Assembly (NCBI GenBank): GCA_963832635.1
Contig: CAWHVH010000014.1
Location: 51,397 to 115,396 of the forward strand
DNA length: 64,000 nt
Direction: 5' to 3'
Source of the DNA: Terriglobia bacterium
GTDB taxonomy: Bacteria; Acidobacteriota; Terriglobia; Terriglobales; Acidobacteriaceae
Shown here: piece by piece, positions 58,764-64,000 of the stretch
How positions within the stretch are numbered: position 1 is the stretch's first letter
How the letters are laid out: every line of letters starts with the position of its first letter
Position numbers and translations under genes: made by a program
The notes under the pieces: generated by a model
Seen by the model: the letters and a program-made list of their open reading frames with translations, nothing else
The model's database searches: none
What the model was told of the DNA's origin: nothing

Positions 58764-60011
58764 ATGCTGGAAGCATTCATTATCACCTTGCGCGAGGGAG
58801 TCGAGGCCGCCCTCATCGTAGGTATCACCCTGGCTTACCTGGCCAAGATCAACCGCCCCGACCTTAGAAAGTCGGTCTACTCCGCCCTGGTCGCCGCCTT
58901 TCTCGGTAGCATCGGCGTTGCCATCCTGCTCTCCCGCACCCAGTGGAATCAGGACATTTTCGAGGGTTGGGTCATGCTGGCGGCCGCCTTCTTCGTGGTC
59001 ACCATGATCATCTTCATGATGAAGACCGGCCGCAGGCTCAAGGGCCAGATTGAGGGAAAAATTGGCCTCCTGGCGGGCGAGGACGCCTGGTTCGGCCTCT
59101 TCCTTTTCGTCTTCCTCATGGTCCTGCGCGAAGGCGTCGAAACCGTCCTGATCCTGGGAGCGGTCTCCCTGAACTCCACCGAACTGCTCAGCTTCATGGG
59201 CACCCTGCTGGGCGTTCTGGTTGCGATTCTGTTCGGGGTGATGTTCGTCAAGGGCAGCGTCCGTATCAATCTCCAAAAGTTCTTCCGGGTGACCACGGTG
59301 ATTCTGTTCTTTGTCGCGGCCCAGTTGGTCATTTCCGGCCTGCACGAACTTTCGGAAAATGGAGTGCTTCCCTCCTCCAAGCGCGAAATGGCCCTCATCG
59401 GACCCATTGTGCGCAACGAATCGTTTTTCCTGGTGACGATCCTGGCCCTCGCCGCCCTGATGGTTCTGTTTGAAGTGAAACGCCGCCAGCCCACGGCCCT
59501 GCCCGAGTCTCCTGCGGAGCGCCGCAAAGCCTTGTGGAGCGCCCGCCGCGAACGTTTCTGGATGGCCTCGGTTTACGCCTCCTCGTTCCTGTTCATCGTA
59601 ATGGTCACGGCGGAGTTCATTTACGCCAAAAGCGTCAGCGCCCTCTCGCCCGCGACCGAAGTCAGCTTCGTCAATGGCGTGGTCACCATTCCCCTCAGCA
59701 AGGTTTCCGATGGCGACCTGCACCGCTACCAGGCCAATGAGAACGGAACGGAAGTCCGCTTCTGGCTCTACCGAAAGCCCGACGGTAAGGTCGCAACCGT
59801 CTTCGACGCCTGCGAGATCTGCGGCGCCGTGGGTTTCTACAAGGGACCGGAAGGAATTGTCTGCAAGAACTGTGCTGCACCCATCAACGGGCAGTCCGTC
59901 GGCATGCCCGGAGGCTGTAACCCCATCCCCCTTGCATCGCAAGCGACCTCGGATGCGGTGATCATCAAGGAGGCGGACATCGCGGCTCGCGCCAAAATGT
60001 TCCAGCAATAA
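58764..60011 (+). CDS. FTR1-family iron permease fused to a DUF2318-like Cys-rich domain
   Basis: Two REGxE motifs (TLREGVEAAL, VLREGVETVL) lie in the membrane domain. The C-terminal roughly 130 aa carry CEICGAVGFY...CKNCAAPING, typical of DUF2318-type proteins. Confidence 0.72.
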   Translation: MLEAFIITLREGVEAALIVGITLAYLAKINRPDLRKSVYSALVAAFLGSIGVAILLSRTQWNQDIFEGWVMLAAAFFVVTMIIFMMKTGRRLKGQIEGKIGLLAGEDAWFGLFLFVFLMVLREGVETVLILGAVSLNSTELLSFMGTLLGVLVAILFGVMFVKGSVRINLQKFFRVTTVILFFVAAQLVISGLHELSENGVLPSSKREMALIGPIVRNESFFLVTILALAALMVLFEVKRRQPTALPESPAERRKALWSARRERFWMASVYASSFLFIVMVTAEFIYAKSVSALSPATEVSFVNGVVTIPLSKVSDGDLHRYQANENGTEVRFWLYRKPDGKVATVFDACEICGAVGFYKGPEGIVCKNCAAPINGQSVGMPGGCNPIPLASQATSDAVIIKEADIAARAKMFQQ

Positions 60012-60014
60012 TCC

Positions 60015-61271
60015 ATGTTTGTTCGCCTCGTCTATGAATCCTTCCGGCGGCAAAAACGTCGCAAATTACTAGCCGGCATCGCCATTACCCTGGGCGTTGG
60101 TGTGGCCACGGCCATGATTGCGGTGGCTACCGACATCGGCGACAAGATCAACCGCGAACTCCGCAGCTACGGGGCGAACCTCGTCGTCACTCCGCAGGAA
60201 GACACGCTCGACTTGCAAATCGGCGGGGTGGACCTCAAGCCGCCCAGCGACGGCGCATACCTGAACGAAGCCGACCTGCCCAAGATTCGCGGTACATTCT
60301 GGCGGCACAACATCATCGGCTTTTCCCCGATGCTGCCCGTGAATGTAACCCTCGCCCCCGGTCAGCAGGTCACCCTGCTCGGAACCTACTTCTCCAAGCA
60401 ACTCAAATTCGGCACCGATGAATTCACCACTGGCGTGCGGATCACTCACCCCTGGTGGAAGGTGCAGGGTGCGTGGCCGCTCGATAGCTCACAAGATGTT
60501 CTTCTGGGTGAGCGGCTGGCCGCGAAACTGGACGAAAAGCCGGGAGACTCGATTGAGATTTCCGGGCAGGCGCACAACATCGCCGGCATTCTTTCCACGG
60601 GTGGAGCTGAAGACGATCAGGTAGTAGCTCCACTGTCCTTGGCGCAGCAGATTCTTGGCAAGCCCGGCGCGGTGCGGCGGATTTACGTCAGCGCGCTCAC
60701 CAAGCCCGAAGACGCCCTGGCAAAGCGCGATCCCAAGTCGATGAACCCCGAGCTCTTCGACCGCTGGTACTGCTCTCCTTACGTGCAATCCATCGCCTAC
60801 CAGTTGCAGGAAGCGATCCCGCATTCCCACGCCGAGCAGATTCGTCAGGTGGCGCAAAACGAAGGCACGGTTCTGTCGCGCATCAAAGGCCTGATGCTGC
60901 TGGTCACGCTGGCCGCGCTCCTTGCCTCGGCCCTCGCGGTCTCGGCGGCCATGGCCACCGCTATTTTCGAGCGCCGGAGCGAGGTAGGGCTCATGAAAGC
61001 CTTGGGCGCCGGCAATGCTTCGGTAGCCGCTCTTTTCTTCACCGAGGCTGTACTCCTGGCTTTAATTGGCGGCACCGCAGGATTCGCCGGCGGAGCCTAT
61101 CTGGCGCGGCAAATTGGACGCTCCATCTTCAACTCGCAGATCACCATCGATCCCGTGCTCTTCCCCATCATTCTCGCGATTGCCGTGATCGTAACCTTTG
61201 CCGGAAGCGCTGCTGCTATCCGCCGCGCGGTGAATTTCGATCCCGTGCATGCGCTCAAGGGGGAGGCATGA
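60015..61271 (+). CDS. ABC transporter permease, FtsX/MacB type
   Basis: N-terminal TM helix, large periplasmic domain, C-terminal FtsX 4-TM module (ERRSEVGLMKALGA). Confidence 0.8.
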   Translation: MFVRLVYESFRRQKRRKLLAGIAITLGVGVATAMIAVATDIGDKINRELRSYGANLVVTPQEDTLDLQIGGVDLKPPSDGAYLNEADLPKIRGTFWRHNIIGFSPMLPVNVTLAPGQQVTLLGTYFSKQLKFGTDEFTTGVRITHPWWKVQGAWPLDSSQDVLLGERLAAKLDEKPGDSIEISGQAHNIAGILSTGGAEDDQVVAPLSLAQQILGKPGAVRRIYVSALTKPEDALAKRDPKSMNPELFDRWYCSPYVQSIAYQLQEAIPHSHAEQIRQVAQNEGTVLSRIKGLMLLVTLAALLASALAVSAAMATAIFERRSEVGLMKALGAGNASVAALFFTEAVLLALIGGTAGFAGGAYLARQIGRSIFNSQITIDPVLFPIILAIAVIVTFAGSAAAIRRAVNFDPVHALKGEA

Positions 61272-62426
61272 GTTCGCACCCCTCGCAACTCGCGCAGGAA
61301 GTTGCGGCCCGCCGCGCCCAGGCTCCGCACACCTCAATGTTCCTTCGCATGCTGATGCGGGCCGCGGTTCTGCGCCGCGGGCGCGCCGCCTCTGCCCTGC
61401 TCGCCATGGTGGTGGCCGCAGCGGTAGCCACAGCGATGCTCAATCTCTACGTCGATGTGCAGGCCAAGTTGCGCAAGGAATTCCGCAATTACGGCGCGAA
61501 CGTCGTGGTCGTCGCAAAAGACGGGCAATCTCTGCCTGCCAATGCGCTTACGACGGTGGAATCGACACTCTGCCGGGCGCGGCCTTGCAGTACCCTTTGC
61601 CTACGTGGTCGCCCGCACCAGCGATGGCCAATCCGTCGTCGTCTCAGGAACCGACTTCGACCAGGTCAAGAAACTCGATAGCTGGTGGGCCGTCACCAAC
61701 TGGCCCGCCACATCGGAAGACGCGCTCGTCGGAGTTCGCGCCGCCGCCGTCGTCAGTCCGCAAGGCAAGCCCTTCGATCTCAGTTTCCAGGGACGTACCC
61801 TCCACCTCAATTCCGCCGGCGCCTTACGTACGGGTGCCGCCGAAGACAGTCGCGTCTATCTCCGCCTCGCCGATTTCGAAACCTGGACCGGAGTTCAGCC
61901 TTCGACCATTGAGATTGCCGCTTCCGGTTCACCGGACGAGATCGCTGCGATCATGAAGCAGCTGACCAGTGCTCTGCCGGAAACCGAGGTTCGCCCGGTG
62001 CGCCAGATCATGGAAGGCGAAGCTCGCGTGCTGGGCAAGACGCGCGCAACCTTACTGGCGGCCGCAATACTCATCATCCTGACTTCCGCTTTATGTGTCC
62101 TCTCCACCCTGATGGGATGGGTCTTTGACCGGCGCCGCGATTTTGCCATCATGAAGGCGTTGGGAGCCTCGGAACGCCTCATCAACGGCTTCTTTGCTGC
62201 CGAAGCGGCCGCCCTTGGCGTAGTAGGAGCCGTCGTGGGTTTCGCCATCGGAGTCGGGGTAGCGGCCTGGATCGGGCGGGTTAATTTCAACGCTCCCGTC
62301 GTGCCTCGCTTCAGTATCCTGCCCGCAATTGTGCTCGGGAGCATCGCCGTGGCTCTGCTGTCCTCGGTCTTGCCGATTTTCCTGCTGCGACGCGTCGAAC
62401 CAGCTATGATTTTGAGGGGAGAATGA
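61268..62426 (+). pseudogene. Second FtsX/MacB-type ABC permease, frame broken by an apparent 1-nt insertion
   Basis: ORFs 61268..61681 and 61455..62426 overlap in different frames and together give a MacB-like permease (DRRRDFAIMKALGA). A candidate insertion site is the G3 run at 61575-61577. The true start may be Met 61337 (MFLRML, parallel to MFVRLV of the first permease). Confidence 0.68.
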
Positions 62427-62445
62427 GGGTGTCCCAGACAACGCG

Positions 62446-63669
62446 ATGATCAAACTCAAGAATGTGAGCCGTCTCTATCCCGCACGGGCCGAACAAAACG
62501 GCGGCACCATTCGCGCCCTCGACAATTTCACTCTCACTGTCGATCCCGGCGAATGGGTCGCCATCATGGGCCCTTCTGGCTCCGGCAAATCGACCCTGGT
62601 GAATTTGATCGGTTGCCTTGATCGCCCCACCTCGGGCGAGATCTGGCTCGACAACCAGAACGTTGCCAACATTTCCCCCGCCGATCTCAACCGCGTGCGC
62701 GCCGAAAAAATCGGCTTCGTCTTCCAGCAGTTTCACCTCATCCCTTATCTCACCGCGCTCGAAAACGTCATGCTCGCCCAGTATTTTCACAGCATGACCG
62801 ACGAGCAGGAAGCGCTCGAAGCGCTCGAGCGCGTTGGCCTGAAAGAGCGCGCCCATCACGTTCCTTCGCAGCTTTCCGGTGGCGAGCAGCAAAGAGTCTG
62901 CATCGCCCGCGCCCTCATCAACGATCCCAAGATTGTTCTGGCCGACGAACCAACGGGCAATCTTGACGCGCAGAACGAAGAGATCGTACTGCGCCTGCTG
63001 CGCGAACTCCACCAGCAGGGACGCACCATCGTGATGGTCACTCACGACCCCGTCGTAGCCCGCCTCGCCGACCGCCGTATCGAGCTTCACCACGGCAAGA
63101 TCGCAGCCCAGGAACTTTTCTCCATGGCAGACGAAGAGCAGTTCGACGAGGTCCTCGAAGAGCTGTGGGCGCTGGCCGAGAACCACCAACCGGCTGAAAT
63201 CGGCCTAATGGAAGTGCATGGCGCACTTCCGGTGAGTATTGCTGTAGAAAAAATGGTGGAACTCGGACTGGTCGCGACTACGCCGCATCCACCCGAAAAC
63301 CACGAGCACAAGCCCTTTGTGAATCCCTGTCACGACGCGCTCAAGCCCACCGGCGTCTCTGTCGGCGATGGCAGCCTGATTGTCGAACTGACCCAGCGAG
63401 GCCGCCAGCGCGCCGCCGACATCATTCGCCGCCATCGCCTGGCCGAGCGCCTGTTCACCGACAGCCTTGCCCTCGACAGCGAGTCCGAGATCGAGCAGCA
63501 AGCCTGCAAGTTCGAACACATCCTTTCGCACGAAGCGACCGACAAAATCTGCACCTTCCTGGGACACCCTCGCACTTGTCCCCACGGCGCGCCGATTCCT
63601 CCGGGACCGTGTTGCGGGAGAGAATCGAAGAACGAACCGCTGGATGCGGTCGCGGCGCGAAGAGTCTAG
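62446..63669 (+). CDS. ABC transporter ATP-binding protein (MacB/LolD type) fused to a DtxR/IdeR-like metal-dependent regulator domain
   Basis: Residues 1-225: Walker [10 protein letters not shown], signature LSGGEQQRV, Walker [12 protein letters not shown]-loop VTHD. Residues 227-407: [18 protein letters not shown] and [14 protein letters not shown], colinear with the DtxR dimerisation/metal-binding domain. Confidence 0.8.
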   Translation: MIKLKNVSRLYPARAEQNGGTIRALDNFTLTVDPGEWVAIMGPSGSGKSTLVNLIGCLDRPTSGEIWLDNQNVANISPADLNRVRAEKIGFVFQQFHLIPYLTALENVMLAQYFHSMTDEQEALEALERVGLKERAHHVPSQLSGGEQQRVCIARALINDPKIVLADEPTGNLDAQNEEIVLRLLRELHQQGRTIVMVTHDPVVARLADRRIELHHGKIAAQELFSMADEEQFDEVLEELWALAENHQPAEIGLMEVHGALPVSIAVEKMVELGLVATTPHPPENHEHKPFVNPCHDALKPTGVSVGDGSLIVELTQRGRQRAADIIRRHRLAERLFTDSLALDSESEIEQQACKFEHILSHEATDKICTFLGHPRTCPHGAPIPPGPCCGRESKNEPLDAVAARRV

Positions 63670-63678
63670 ACCCGCCCG

Positions 63679-64000
63679 TCAAGCAAACGGATTCTGAATG
63701 CGCAGTCCTTCGACCTTGCGCCCGTGCTGCAGGTCTTCGCTGTATAGAATTTCGCATTGGCTGGCGCTGGCCGCCGCTACAATCAAGGCGTCATACCACG
63801 ACATGCCGTGTTTTCCCGACAACGTCAACGCTTCCAGATAGAGGGCCGGTGAAGAGTGAACCGCCAGCAACGGCCGGAACACCGTTGCCAGATACTGTTC
63901 CGCTTCCGCTACCGACATAGGCTGCACAAAACGCTTCAGCGCAACGTTGAAAAATTCCTGAACCACCTGATAGCTGATAAGGCCCCGGCGGGTCGCCAGG
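63679..64000 (-). CDS. PIN-domain (VapC-like) toxin, N-terminus outside the window
   Basis: The frame stays open to the window edge. The C-terminal PIN pattern (SWYDALIVAAA ... LYSEDLQHG) is present. Confidence 0.6.
   Translation of the reverse strand, partial: LATRRGLISYQVVQEFFNVALKRFVQPMSVAEAEQYLATVFRPLLAVHSSPALYLEALTLSGKHGMSWYDALIVAAASASQCEILYSEDLQHGRKVEGLRIQNPFA

Noticed and set aside
58743-60053. A 436-aa minus-strand ORF covering the whole FTR1 gene.
   Set aside because: It is antisense to a gene with clear REGxE motifs and TM pattern. Its translation is low-complexity and Gly/Asp/His-rich with no family resemblance, so I treat it as a shadow ORF.
1-64000. Mobile elements, prophage, integrons, tRNA/rRNA genes or defence islands anywhere in the window.
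   Set aside because: No transposase, integrase, recombinase or phage-like translation appears in any frame of the ORF track. I saw no tRNA-like T-arm (GGTTCGAATCC-type) in the intergenic regions. The only accessory-type genes are the two PIN loci.

Overview
This is a GC-rich chromosomal segment (roughly 58-60 % GC by eye, not computed) with about 65 densely packed genes, mostly housekeeping. The protein repertoire (several DinB proteins, a TPR-bearing secretin, a sortilin/BNR-like protein, cytochrome P460) suggests an Acidobacteriota-like soil bacterium; that is inference only. Recognisable genes include nadE (partial), gltA, a cysteine desulfurase next to mnmA, purC, smc, a PTPS/PTPS/folE/SDR pterin cluster, truB, miaB, pdxS-pdxT with a divergent MocR/PdxR-type regulator, an aa3-type cytochrome oxidase cluster and uvrA. 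I recognised no rRNA, tRNA, CRISPR array, transposase, integrase or phage gene. The most interesting locus is 58.7-63.7 kb. It is a putative iron-uptake operon made of an FTR1 permease fused to a DUF2318-like Cys-rich domain, two FtsX/MacB-type permeases, and an ABC ATPase fused in-frame to a DtxR/IdeR-like metal-sensor domain. A Fur-box-like AT-rich palindrome sits upstream of it. Other points worth a second look: a PdxR-like regulator lacking the PLP Schiff-base lysine, a tandem PTPS pair in which one copy lacks the catalytic His, and a recurring inverted heptamer-repeat element (GCTGAGT)n in two or three intergenic spacers. Important caveat: six genes (smc, a DoxX-like gene, arsR, the BNR/sortilin-like gene, a TPR gene, the second FtsX permease) are broken by apparent single-nucleotide insertions, mostly at short homopolymer runs. 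The assembly may therefore contain indel errors, and all domain-fusion claims need read-level confirmation. Every product call comes from motif recognition in the supplied translations; no database search was run.
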